DNA of 64,000 bases from Psammoneis japonica. Taxonomy: Eukaryota. The stretch covers positions 62,001 to 126,000 of the forward strand of contig QPGO01000134.1 of NCBI GenBank assembly GCA_008632985.1, read 5' to 3'. Positions 1-12,928 of this stretch are shown here, in pieces; within the stretch, counting starts at the first letter, position 1, and each line of letters begins with the position of its first letter. The position numbers and the translations under genes are program-made. A model generated the notes under the pieces. It ran no database searches. It had not been told where the DNA came from and saw only the letters and a list, made by a program, of their open reading frames with translations.

Positions 1-12
1 CGGTGGTTCACG

Positions 13-1335
13 ATGCTGCCGTTGCCGATACAAGCTTCGTTCTTCCTCCTCGTCCTCCTTTCGTGTCATGCTTACATCCACAAGCCTTGTTCTCGATCGG
101 TTCGCCCGCAATTTCAATTCCCCGATTGTTATTTGCCGTCGATGAACACCGACCTTTTGCTCGCTGAAGCTTCGTTTGTGATGGCTCATAATTCTGGTAC
201 AGGCTACATTGTCCGAGGAAAGCCTACTCCATCTGGAGTTTCTTGGCCATCAAGTCAGAACCAAGTCGGATCGGCCTATCAGCAATTGCAAGACGGAGCT
301 CGCGCATTGGACGTACGGCCCAAGTTGTTGCTCAATGGCACTGTGATTTTGCAGCATGATTTCATTAATATCCCTGCAACTCTAGAACAGTTGGTGATGG
401 ATGCGATCGAATGGTGCAATGACAATCCCGACGAACTTGTTCTAATCTTAACATCCAATTACATGTATCAAGCATCCAACCTTACCTACACTGACATGGT
501 CTCAGCCTTGGCAAGCGTCTATGAGAAGCTGGGCGTAACGTATGCTTCCTGCAACGACGTGTCTGAATTGACGGTCGGAGAAACGATGCAACTAGCGTCT
601 CTATCCAACGGTGGGTATTTGATTGCCATGGGCCAATACGATGGAAACAGCGAAGGCGGGGTCTGTTATAAATCGAATTGGGTGCAGAGCCGGCTTGTGA
701 GTTGCTACAAGAAGGTTGACGGAAAAATCACTAGCTGCACGTCCGATGAACAACCATGGATTGACTTGCAGCAATACATGTTGGAAAGTACCAATAATGA
801 ACCAACCGATGATCAAAATACATTGGGTCCTCCGGCTAGCACCGATGAAGTGCCTTTGAACTGTGTACAAGCGATATGGCAGTACACGGTGGAGTCGACA
901 ACGATTGGTTTGGCAAAGTTTTCGTCACTCATCAAGGACAATACCAAGTCCAAAGTGAATGCCAAAGTGGTTGACATGATTTACGAAAACCGGGACGACT
1001 TTCAGACACCGATTTCGTTACTCATGGTGGACAATGTGGCCGTTAATGGCAATGCTCTCTTGTCCGTTTTGAGAACCACATGTGGGCAATCAACACTTGA
1101 CGAAGACGCTTGCGGCCAATTTGCGCCAAGACCGAGAATGAACTACTTTCATTTTTCATCTCTGTTGAGAGGCATCATGCTTATCATGTCCTTGGGCATA
1201 TTCTTTTCGATCGGGTACTTGCTCCTGAAAAAGGAAGGATACCATCCAAACAGAACAATTATGACCATAATTGACAGACTGAAAGGTCCTAACAGCTCAA
1301 AAGGTGACTACGAGTATGCGGATCCCAACTGGTAA
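13..1335 (+). CDS. Secreted/membrane-anchored PLC-like phosphodiesterase (PI-PLC X-domain-like)
   Basis: 440-aa ORF with a signal peptide, 'MAHNSG' and 'QQLQDGARALDVRP' motifs typical of PI-PLC X-box TIM barrels, and a C-terminal hydrophobic helix. Confidence 0.7.
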   Translation: MLPLPIQASFFLLVLLSCHAYIHKPCSRSVRPQFQFPDCYLPSMNTDLLLAEASFVMAHNSGTGYIVRGKPTPSGVSWPSSQNQVGSAYQQLQDGARALDVRPKLLLNGTVILQHDFINIPATLEQLVMDAIEWCNDNPDELVLILTSNYMYQASNLTYTDMVSALASVYEKLGVTYASCNDVSELTVGETMQLASLSNGGYLIAMGQYDGNSEGGVCYKSNWVQSRLVSCYKKVDGKITSCTSDEQPWIDLQQYMLESTNNEPTDDQNTLGPPASTDEVPLNCVQAIWQYTVESTTIGLAKFSSLIKDNTKSKVNAKVVDMIYENRDDFQTPISLLMVDNVAVNGNALLSVLRTTCGQSTLDEDACGQFAPRPRMNYFHFSSLLRGIMLIMSLGIFFSIGYLLLKKEGYHPNRTIMTIIDRLKGPNSSKGDYEYADPNW

Positions 1336-1599
1336 CTCTGGAATGACCGTAGCTCTCTTCTGACTTTGGTGGGAAAACACCACTCGCGGATTAAACGGTG
1401 GTAGGCCCTACGCTCGCGGATTACGCGGTTGATGACAAGACTGTCATGAAACTTCTATCCATAACCCCTAACATAACAACCATAACCCTTTGTACCCCGA
1501 AGCGCATATCTCGCGAGGCTTTTTTTTCAAATCCATATAATCCAGCATGAAGAACTTTTGCTGAACCTAACCATACGACGAAAACACGATGCTAGCGGT

Positions 1600-3010
1600 T
1601 CCAAACAGGTTGAATTGTTTCAGAACACATTGTCAGGACAACAAAGGCAACCAGGAGAGCCCCATCATTGTGCATTCCCTGGAGGTCCATGAGGAATTCT
1701 TTGTCTGGCAGCGCACACACGCACACACCCCTTGTCCAGCTCCTCATTCATTGCTGACCCCAATGGAAAAATGGGGCTTTTTGCAGTTGAAATGAAGGCA
1801 GTCTCTAACAATTTTTTGCATGCTTCCTGCACCCATCAACAAGGTCCTGAACATCATGGTTCAAACAAACATGGTTGACAATCCAATGAAGACTCTCCAG
1901 ACCCAAGCCATCAATTTGGCAAACTTCTTCATTCAATTGCTTGGATCCTGCAGTTTGGTGCCTTTGTTCTGTCCAGCAAACTCTTTTCTTCACTTGATCA
2001 TTGCTTGCTTCAGGATCTCCTCTTCACCTCCTCCTCAAACCTGCAGTTTCATCCCCTGAAGAACTGTTGTGTGAGATTGCGTCTCAAAGAATGGAGGAAG
2101 CCATGTGGCCCCTGTTGAAAGCAGCCAACAGAGTGCTGGCAGACTGGCCCTGCATTGCTCATTTTCCCACTCATGCTTGGACATGGAACCTCTCTCCCAC
2201 AGCAGCACCTCCCTGTCTTCTTGAAGGAGAAAGAGCTCCTGGCCTTGTCACACATTTTTTGGGGAGGGGGTTCAGCAATTGTCCTACACCGCTTTTGTTG
2301 CCTCTGAACAGTTTTGTCATTTTGTGCGCAGATCACTGATTTGCACTTCTCACTCTCCCTGTCAGATTTGGGCTCCACCAGCTGCTGGCTGGGCATGCCA
2401 CATGAGCCCTTGCAATCCAGCTTTGCTTTTCGTTTCTTGCTTGGGAAAGTGCTGACTGTTGTGGCCTTGATGACAGGTGCCATTCATGGCGAGAATGGGG
2501 AGAGCACTGTCGAGTGTGTGCACAAGGCTGGCATGGCGGCCAGAAGGAATCTTTTGCAGAAACTGTGGGGATGGCAAGTGTGGCAGCACTTGTCTTGTGG
2601 GCTCCAGTGGGCTCCACCGCTTTTTTGCTTGTCGTCAAAGGCACCTGCTGGAAGCTGGTGTTGCGCAAGTGCAAGAACCTGCTGGCAGAAACTCTTGTGT
2701 GTGCCCTTTGCGCTTGCCTGGTCTTCAAGGAGCCTGGGTCACTTTGACACAATTTGCTTTTTATCCAGAAGTGTTTGGAAGCACCAGCTGGTTGTGGAAA
2801 AGACACACAGGTGACGTGGTGTGTGCAGCTGGCGGCAGCCGAGGGCACTGGAGTGGGTTTGTGCTTCCCCAACTGTGAGATGTGAGAGAGGAACTTCTTT
2901 GGCATGTCACCACTTTGTGGCCTTTAGCATTTGTTGTAACACTGCATTTATGAGAGGCTTGTTTCTTTTCAGAATCCCACTTCAAAATGTGTGTGTTCGC
3001 ATTCATGTGA
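1600..3010. repeat. Decayed CpG- and TpA-depleted insertion, unclassified (probable TE relic)
   Basis: Abrupt compositional switch to TG/CA-rich DNA between two normal genes; no recognisable domain; boundaries approximate. Confidence 0.5.
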
Positions 3011-3267
3011 GCCTTGACGATTGACGATGCGTCGAGTGAGATGGGATTCGAAGGATTCATTCGACGAAAGATTTTGCGCGATGCAAACGCGAGAAAAGAT
3101 CGCGTTCGTCACAGCACACTGAACATCACATCATATCTTTGAATCTGATCCCATCAATGAACCAGAAACCAGAAGCCACCGTCACATCTAACATCATCGC
3201 GCTGTCAACAGCTTACACGCATCCAATGCAATAGCATCGTAATCACAAAATTGCCAATGCTCTTATC

Positions 3268-4689
3268 ATGAAGTGTTTGACTTTGGCTATAGCTTCGTGG
3301 GGATGCCTTTTCGATAGTCATGTTTCGACGGCTTTTCAGAACGTTCATGCCATTTCTCGCAGATTGGCAGCACCACGAAATGCGAGAATCACGGCTTTGG
3401 AGGCGGTCGTAAGCATTGACGAGAACACGGCCAGAGATGTTGGAACCATGCAAGAATGGGCCTCTTTGTATGGGGTTCAAACGGCGGACGGCTTTCAGCT
3501 CACCATAAGCGAAGATGGGCTGGATGTTGAAGTAATGACGACCCAGGATCTTCCCGCGGAGACTCCTGTGCTCTTTGTACCGAGGGAGATGATATTGACG
3601 GGAGCCGGTGCTCAAGAAGAACTCGGCCGTGTCGAAGCCGCCGAGGACTTGATGGATAGATTAGAGGCAACAGATCACCTGCCTCAATTATACCTGTTTC
3701 TCAAACTCTTGAGAGAGTATGAATTCGGCGACGAATCCCCATATTATCAGTGGTTGAATTCATTGCCGCGTTACTTTTCGAATGGTTCCTCAATGACACA
3801 TTTCTGTTGCACTGAATGTCTTCCTCCGCTAGTTGGAAAACTTGCGAATCAGGAGCGGATAAGATTCCTTCAGTTTTTCAGGGCTCTCAAGTACGTCCCT
3901 TTCTTATCAGATCAGACAAAGAACAACAGACCCTTGGCAAAATGGATTTTTGCCGTTGTCTACACCAGAAGCTTTTTATATGGTGATGGCGACGCAAGAA
4001 TTGTCCCAATGGCTGATATGGTACGTATGATACATTGGGATCTTGATCATACAGAACACTGCACATCGTTAATCGGTGTACACTTACGCTGTTCTCCATG
4101 CTCATAGTTCAACCACGGAACAGAGCCGGAAATTGAAATCAACTATGATGAAGATGGCAATTGCTATGCGTACACGACGATGGATGTGCCTGCAGGATCT
4201 CCATTGCGGATGTCGTACGGGGATCCAACAAACCCCTCTTTCTTGTTTGCCCGATACGGATTTCTAGATGAAACGTCACCCGCAACCTTTTGTAAAATCA
4301 TGATTTCTAATCCAAGTCAGCAACTCGTGGATATGGGATACGATCATTCTAGAATGCTGTTTTATAAGGATACTGGTGACGTATCGCAGGAGGTTTGGGA
4401 CGTTTTACTTTATCAGATCCTTGAAACCCACAACCCTGCCGATCAGCAAACATTATACCAAGCTCATATGAATGGCGACTACGAAACAAAGCAATCGATT
4501 CATGAGCAGTATTACTCAGCCACATCTGACGCACTGAAGAATCACATTGATACGTTTTTGGATCAGCTTGGTGAATTGTCAGCAAAGGCTGAAGGCAGGG
4601 ATCCAAACGTTCATCCGCGTATTCCCCTCATCATGAGGCACAATGAGTTCGTAAAGAATACATTTTTGTTGGTTAGGTCTCGTCTTTAA
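3268..4689 (+). CDS. SET-domain protein lysine methyltransferase (Rubisco LSMT-like), 2 exons (3268-4020, 4108-4689)
   Basis: Removing a GT-AG intron at 4021-4107 restores 'VPMADM-FNHG'; 'WLNSLP', 'VVYTRSF' and 'SYGDPTNP..LFARYGF' motifs; N-terminal presequence ending TAF. Confidence 0.85.
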
Positions 4690-7559
4690 TCATATCTTAC
4701 TCTGGACGCGGCAGGCAATGGACACTTCAGTCGGCATCGTCTTCAGATAGAAGTAGCTAAACGAAAGCAGGTTTATAGACTCAATCAATTGCTAGGTACA
4801 CATTAGACAGAATCTACGTTTTGCAACGTGACTGTTCCTCTGATAAAGCAACAAAATGGCTGTTCTCAAGCATCATCCTGTGTGGCTTCCAGCAGCGTGG
4901 TGTAATGACACTCAAAATGATTTTGGACTAGAGAAAACTAAAAACGAAGAGGAAGTTGCGACAAGTTGTTCTTGACTTCATGACTGATGTGACAAGGAAG
5001 GCCGGGCTCCTCAATCCAAGCGTGCAGACTCAAGGACCTCCACCTTACTTGCCATTTCCACCAGAAATGTTTCCAGATGTGTTGTCTTGCATCTTGCCAA
5101 GTCAACTGCAGAGGAGGGTTCCCATTGCAAGGTGCCACTTGATCTTTGTAGTGAGCTTTCCTTGCTGTGTGTGAAGGCGACTCTTTCCCCCACATTTGGG
5201 CCATCTCCCACACCAGCAGGCTGTGCTGTTGGATGCACCATCCATCAATTCCAAAGTCAGTGATTCTTTGGATGCTGCTGTGGTGAGCAACACTCTCTCT
5301 TTGGACACAAGGTGCACCAACCCCTGCAGCTGTTTTTGGAACTGCTCTTGTTGAGCCTCCAAAAATTGAGTGCCTGCATTCTCAAACTGTTCATGTTCCC
5401 CCACCAAGAGACTCCCACAGACATTGCAGCTGACATTTCTTGTGCAATGGCCAGCAATGAGTTGTGAGATGCTCCCTTGCTTGTGACAATGGTGGCACAC
5501 ATGTTGTGTTGACTTGGCATTGTTCTTGCACACAGCACTGCCAGACAGGGTGTCCTTGAGCATTGCATTTTTTGGGAGTCGTCATCCCCTGTCCACAGAG
5601 ATGCACGCATCACCTCATTGACAGTTTCTTTTACCTCCATGATCCAAGCTCCCCCCCCCCATGGAGACAGCATCTGCCTTCCTTTGTGAGTCTGACCAGG
5701 AGGACTGCCAAAACCATCCCTGCCATGAAGGAGCCATGCATTGACTCAAGAAAAACACACCATGGAGCGGATTGCCAATGAAGCCCCTCTCAGTGCAGCA
5801 TGGATTGACCACATTGACCATCCTCAAAAGAACATCTCCACTCTCAGGAGAGCAGTTGTTGACAGGCCTGCAATCATCAAGATGTTGGGAGAAGGTCCTC
5901 TGGCACTGTGATTGTGGGCAGAGAGATGACACGGAGTTCAGCATTTGTTGCACAACAGAGATTGCACCCAAGGCCATTTTGTTGTTCACTGTTCACTGCA
6001 CACAAGGCATCTCACATGCTCCTGCTGAGATGAGTTTTGTTGTCATGCCTCTTGGAAAGTGGGGCAGCTCTGGATGGGCAGAACCCCATGATGGCAAACC
6101 AGCCACAACTTCTTCACCATCAAAGACTGCAGATTGTGTGTTTTCATTGTCAGATCTGTTGCACTCAAACCTGCACTTTGTGGCACCAATGCTTTGGCCC
6201 ATCATGTGTCACCCTCCAGTCACTGTGAGTGAATGCAAGCCATGCATCTGACCTGCAGCACATCCTGGCCATGAATTTGATGCCCACAGCACATGTCAAC
6301 ATGGGCACAAGTTCAGTGTCAATGCATGTGGAAAATGCACCAGTGGGTGGGCGTGTCTCTGAGAAAACCTTCAACAGCTGCCTGAATGGAGGGACCCCTG
6401 TCCACTTTGCACTCACCTGGATGCTGCGGATTTGCAAATCTCCAAGGAGATTTGTCTTTTGCAAAGAGCTCCACAACTTTTGCCCTGTGACCCTCCATTG
6501 CTTTAAAACAAATGTCATGACAAAAAGAGTCACAAAATCTCCATGTCCACAATGGGGTGCCAATGGACAAGCAGCTGGTGTGGAGAGAGTGGCAGAGACC
6601 ACACACATGAAGCCTTGTTTGGAAGCAAAGCAAAGAAGCTGGGTCAGGATGGTGTCAGCTTGCACAAGACAATGCTCAGAAAGCCACAGCTCTTGCACAA
6701 TGAGAAAATGAAAGGGAAGTGCATCCTGAGAGGCATTGAGCTGGCATGAACTTTTTGACGCCATGATGTGCACTGTCATCTTCTTTCAACTCCATCTTGT
6801 CTCAGAGATCTGGTGGATTCACAGAGTGCAGCTGGATGGTGGCATTTCTTCAATGGACATTTCTCCATCCAGTGGGCTGTGCTTCAAGATGTGCACATCC
6901 AACAATCTGACATGTGGCACAAGTGCAACTCAGAAAACATGCACAAACCAGACTGGGTTTGGAATCTGCAGATCATCGGCACCCACATTTGGAAAGTCAT
7001 GAGGGCATGCTTTGGGAACAACACAATCAAGACAACTGTTGCAGAGACCAAACCACTGGGGACTCATCTGAGAGAAGAATGGCAAAAGCAAAGATCACAA
7101 GAATTGGGCATGAGCACAAAAAAGAAGACCTGGCCAAGGATTGTGATTGCCTGGTGTGTGATGACATGGAGGAGCATCTGAGTCACACTTCAACAAGTCA
7201 ATTTAAAATTGGTTGACAACGATGAAGCCAGTTTTCAACAATTGCATGAAAGAAGCACAAGACACAGCTGTGTGGGGTGCCTGCAAGACCACAAGTTGCT
7301 TTGGGTGGATGTCACATGATGCCAAGACAGGCAGTTGCACTCACTTTTGTCAGTGCCTGAAAGTGTGTGTTGCAGCAGTCTGTTTGGTTGGTGTCACTGG
7401 CAGAGCCGCAATGGCACTGTCAAGTTGGCGATGTTTGCTCTTGTCATCTTTTTAAATCAAACTTCTTAGAGTGTTTGTCAACTGTTGGTGCCACAAACAC
7501 AGCCTGCAGACACAAATGCATGCATTTGGTCTAAAGGGTGTGGAGTTGACTGCTGCAAT

Positions 7560-9600
7560 TTTGCTGGCACTGATGACACTGCTGGACATGAAATGGCAAG
7601 GTCATGCACATGACCCCACTTCTGTCTGGAAGGTTGATTTTGAATTTGGCTGCATGACATCTCACAGCTCCAAGCTTTTTGGATCTCCCACTCTAAACTT
7701 CCACTTTTTGTTCTTCTTTGCAACTTGCATGGTGCTGCCAACTGCTGCAGTGTCCTTGACCTTGCCAGCTTTGTCTGCAACTCCAACAATGCAGGTTAAG
7801 TCAGGCTCCATTCCACTGGCCACAAGATTGTCCACAACCACCCCGCCCATGCAGTCCTTCAGTTCAATCAGTGGCACAAGCTTGTGTCTCATGAAATCAC
7901 ATCCTCTTCTCTTCCAACTGGATGGGCAATGGAAGAAGTCTCCATTTCATGCTGGCAATTTGTGAATCTTCACTCAACCCCCATTGGATTTGTGGTTCTC
8001 ATGATGTTCAGCGCTGCTTGTTGCAAGCATTGCAGACACCATCCCCATCATTGTCCACCTGATTGGCATTTGACACAAAGGGCAGTTGTCAAGGTTGTCA
8101 GGCACACCATCTCCATCCACATCTGCACAATCTCTGTCTGTCAACTTCTCCAAAACCCAAAGAAGTTTGTCAGAATTTGCAACAAAATGCAAAGTTCCAT
8201 TGACTGGTGCCAGTTGCCTTGGAAATGAAGAACTGTGGCCAGAGCCAACATTCTCCAGCATTTTGCTTGCACTGCTGGTTGGGTCATGAACCCAGAGATT
8301 GCATCCATGAACAAAATCACTTGCACCAAAGCGCAACTTTCCATCCAGTGGAGTTAAATTCAAAGCAAACAAGAAAGTTCTGCAGTGAGCTGCATTCTCC
8401 ACCAATTGGGTTGTGCCAGCACTGGAATTGTGAACCCAAAGTTTGCCTCCAAGAGCTGCAAAGTGCAAAATCTGCCCACTGGTGTCAACTCATGTGGATC
8501 AGAAGGACTGCAACCAGGATTTTTGTGCTGCACCAGTTGAGTTGTGCTGCTGATGGGATCATGAACCCAAAGCTTGTGTTTGGGCTTTCCGTTGTTGGCA
8601 GAGCAGTGTGGCTTTCCTTCCATCAGCATCAAGCATTGTGTGTCACCCAACATTGCACCAGAGTGTGCAGAGCCTCCTCCACCAATTGAGTTGTGCCACT
8701 GGTGGGATTGTGAACCCAGAGCTCAAAAGTGCAGCTTTGCAGCCAGCAGTGTCAAAAAGCCAGGGCACAAGGAACTGCTGCCTTGGTTGACATTCTTCAC
8801 CAGCCCAGGTGTGTTGCTGATGGGGCTGTGAACCCGCAGCTCCAGTCTGTGCTTTCCATCATCTGCCACAAAGTGCAACTTTCCATCCATTGACACCAGG
8901 CCAAGCAGACCTCAAGAAGTGCCTTTTGGATTGACATCTTTCACCAACAATTGAGTTGTCCTGCTCAAGGGATCATGCACCCAGTGCTCACGTCTGTGTT
9001 TTCCATCATCAGCTGCAAAAACAAGTTGCCATTCATCAGTGTTTCCCAAATGTGCATTTTGGTTGGACCAAATTGGCATTTTGGTCGAACCAAAACACTT
9101 TTGTTGACCAAATTGCCAGACCGACCAAATCAATTTGGTCGACCAAATTGACATTTGCGAAATCTTGACCAAATTCATTTTCAAGTGCATTTCCACACAA
9201 ATTGTGCTGACGCAGCTTCTACGAAATTTGCGTGGCATGTTGACATGATTGCTTTCCAACGGAAGATTCCCTCCAAAGCACGCCAAATTCCGCTGACCAA
9301 AATGACGTTTTCGGGAAACAAAATCATTTTGGTTGTGAGCATCAAATTTGTCAACAAATTTGGTTCGACCAAAATGACAATTTGGTCCGACCAAAATGCA
9401 CATTCGGGAAACACTGTTGGCATCAAATTGTTGAACAAGCATGGCTCCCATTGTTCACAAATTCTGTTGTGTGCCACTCGTGGGATCATGAACCCAGAGC
9501 TCAAATCCACGCACTGCTTTGAACATGTCAAAGTGCAACTTTGAGAGAGATCCACCATCTGTGCAGGGGTGACCCTCTCCACTCACACCTGCCCACACTG
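7560..9600 (-). pseudogene. Degenerate ELWxxDGT-type repeat protein with a thrombospondin type-3-like Ca-binding motif
   Basis: Repeated 'GKLxF.A...ELWVHDP...TQLV' units across frames, followed by 'DVDGDGVPDNLDNCP'; frameshifted and interrupted by a MITE. Confidence 0.65.
9037..9416. mobile_element. MITE with ~58-bp terminal inverted repeats (CAGTGTTTCCC...GGGAAACACTG; hAT-like ends)
   Basis: 9037 cagtgtttcccaaatgtgcattttggttggaccaaattggcattttggtcgaaccaaa is the near-perfect reverse complement of the end at 9416; internal gaccaaa repeats; no clean TSD seen. Confidence 0.8.
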
Positions 9601-12600
9601 GGAGAATCAAAAGCCCCCGGCAAAAACAGGATTGAAGATCTTCTGGTGCAAAAGAGAAGTGGTGAGAGCAATGAGACTGCCAGATGGACAGACAGCCAAA
9701 TGGAAGCAACAAATCCATTTCTGTGCCCGACACCATGTGAAGAGGAAATTGGGTGGGTGACTGGAGCAGCACCAATTTGGCAGCAGCAAGTTGCCAGGGA
9801 GCAGCCAAGGCAACAAGCAACAATGACTCCAAGCAGTGCAACCCCCCACCATGGGAGGCTTGCAACATTGACAGGGTTGGGGCAAGCAGATTCCAAGATG
9901 CTTGACTTCCCAAAAAAGACAGTGGATTCATTTGCCTCATTTGCAGCATGCAGAGAATCCATCTGCATGATGCAGTGCACAGATGGAAGCTTGCAGCATG
10001 CAGGAAAGTGAGCTGTGCCAAGGAGAGAATGTGTGTCAACTGAGTCAATCACCTTTTTCATGATGCACCCAATGACAACTCAGTCAATGATGACACCAGC
10101 ATGCTTGCATTCAATCTGCTTTCCCAGAGCCATCTTAAAAGTGGCCAAAGGCAGGATCAGTCACTTCACCCACACTGCAAAATGGGAAGAAGAGACTCCC
10201 AGAGCTGTCTTGAAAGCAGCCAAAGGATGAGTCACTTCACATCTGTTGCAGAACAGGAAGAAGAGACAGCTGGAGAAGAGGTTGCCTTGGAGCAGCGGCA
10301 TGGGTGGGGGCTCTGTCTTGACATGAGGTAGTCTGGGCTGCACATCCATGGCAAAATGAGGTGGCAGTGTGGCCTTCTGGGGAGCAGCAGAGGCACTGGA
10401 GGCTGGAATGTGGGGTGGGTTCCAGGTTGATGGTGGTGGCAGCAGAAGACAGAGCAGTTGCTGCAGGGTGCAACTCAACAACAGGGTGAGTCACATTGTG
10501 TGCAGCAAGTGTCTCAGTGGATGGAGTGAGACAGCTGGGGGTCCACATGTTGCATCGGTTGCAGGTGCAATTGGCAAATTGCCATCTTGAGCCAATGCTG
10601 GGGAGGACAGAGTGGCCTGTGTCAAGGACAGTTTTGCTCACCAGAACGATGCTGTCATCATTTGCACAGCCAGAGCAACAAAGCCATGTGCCACAACCCT
10701 TTGCATGTGGCTGCCTTTCCTTTTTAGAGTTTGTCTGACATTCCAGCACAGCACACTGTGGCATTGTTGTCCAAAGATGCTGAAGAAGAAGAAGCTTCTT
10801 GATGATGGACATGTGATCTTTGTGCTGCCAACCATCAAAAAAGCAAAAAAAAGCCTTCAAAGTTGTGCAGCTGACCAATGTGCTGCATGGCAGAGTCATC
10901 TCTCTCTTGAGATTTTGGCCCAGGAAAAGCATGACAAACAGTGAGATGTCCCAAACATTTTTTCAATGAATTTTGTGCCAGAAAACATTGGCCCAAAACC
11001 TTTTTGAGGTTCACGCCCACTGCGCACACACCAGCAAAGCTCAAGCGGGTCCATGTCTCCCCACAGCAGTCTCAGCTGGACAGCAGCCATGCCTGCCAAA
11101 GCAGCTGGCCTTCTGAAATGGCTGCTGGCTGGCGGCAAGAGGCAGAGATTGTGCCTGCCATGTGAGCCAACAAGGGCTGCCTCAGCTGCGGGCCTGGCAC
11201 ACCAAAAAACAGATGTGTGACGTGTTCCAGTCCCAGGTGACGCACAAAACGACAATCGATTTTGAATATAAATTATGTATCTTTTAGTGTATGTAGCATT
11301 TTCATATAAAATACTTAAGCGGATTGGCTTTTATAGGCGTTGAGAGTATGGACATTTAAATAGTTTTTTGTGGGGTATTCAAGTCCTCATGGGATATGTA
11401 TCATAAACTTCCTCAGTAGACTCAATACTGATTGTACGTCAGTAGATTTATACTGAGATTTCTTTGTAGGTAGAAAACCTACCATGTAGCATCGTAGAAA
11501 GATATATTTAGGTAACATCCAAATAACGGCAATATTTTCGCCGAAAATCATCCGTTGTGTTACGAATCTATTAACGCAATGAAAAACATAGATAGCACAA
11601 TAACAATGACATTGCAACACTCACACGAGTCTTGTTAGTGTTGCAAAACATTTATATTTGTATAAATCTATACTTTTGGTGGTGAAAGTTCGATCGTAAG
11701 TTAGGGACCTCGCAAAAATCGCGCAAATGTCGTTTTTGTGCACGATTTGGTTCACGTGCGGCTGGAACACGTCGTGTGCAAAATGCGGCCTGGCCTGTGT
11801 CCCATCAACCACAAATGACCCAACATTTCTTTTCTCTCATTCTTTTTTATGACAGATGCTTTTGCACCAAAATTCTTTGCAGCAATGAGGCAAGTGACAC
11901 ATCACAATGGCGCAGGTGCAGCTCGTCTGCTTTTGAGAGTGCGGCAGCCAACATGGCTGGAGCTCCCATTGTTCCACAATCCCAAAAATTTGTTTGAAAT
12001 TCACGGCACTCGGGCAGAGGGAACCGTGGTGAAAGCAAGGTTCAGAGTGACAATGGGAAAGTGTGTCATGGCATTAACGACTTCAGCATAAAATGTGATC
12101 CCTTGGCATTGGTGTGTCATGCGTCAACAGGGTGCAACAGTGTGTGACGTCAGCGACAAAGTCCTGCTTGCGCTTGCTTGCTTGGTGAAGATTCGGCAGA
12201 ATGACCGCACATCACCATGAACAAAAAAATTTACATCACAATCAACATTGTCATGCATGAGTGATTTTAAAATTCTAACGGGACAAGGGACAACCAGACC
12301 CGCGAACCGACCAACACCGATGAAACTGCGACCGCACTGGCACATGCACATCGACCATGGCGTTGTCGGTGATCCTAAAGTAAAACTACAGTACATCGCT
12401 ACTCTAGAGGGGCACTGTAACACATAACAGCCGGGAAAGTCAACTCGTTCGTTCCATCTTTGCTCTCCCCTTGCTCACCCTGAACCCGTTAGTTGGAATG
12501 CACTATGTGTCATTATTTTTGGAATTTTCTGCATACATCATAATGGCGCGGTTTTTTATTCCATTATTCAGGGATATATATTTTAATTGAATATGTACTG

Positions 12601-12928
12601 GCGCTATATTTTGTTCTGCCATTAAAAAAAACATTATTCCGATTCTATCAACTAGGATCTGATACAAAGCAGTAATATAAGCTCTAGTGAATGAATACTC
12701 TTTTGGTTTAACGTTGTATATCTGCCAATGCATTCGAAATTTTGGATGGCCTCGAACTCATCCGTCACTTTTCTGTGCACGACCAGCACACACAACGACC
12801 ACACCAACACCCTCATTTTTCTTTTTGGCTACCACCGACGTCGCAGTCCCCATAGTCGTCCTCTTCGCTTCGCAACTGTTGTTCACTCTTGAACTTGTGC
12901 CGTCTCAAACGTAGACTACACCTCCACC

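Larger units (their letters stand above)
4850..11250. repeat. Large CpG/TpA-eroded block of pseudogene and TE relics
   Basis: Near absence of TA and CG; many overlapping Cys/His-rich spurious ORFs; boundaries approximate. Confidence 0.7.

Noticed and set aside
1455..1575. Telomere-like taaccc repeats
   Set aside because: They are few, irregular and internal; not a telomeric array.
10120..10270. Two-copy ~75-bp tandem duplication
   Set aside because: Real but degenerate and uninformative within the eroded block.
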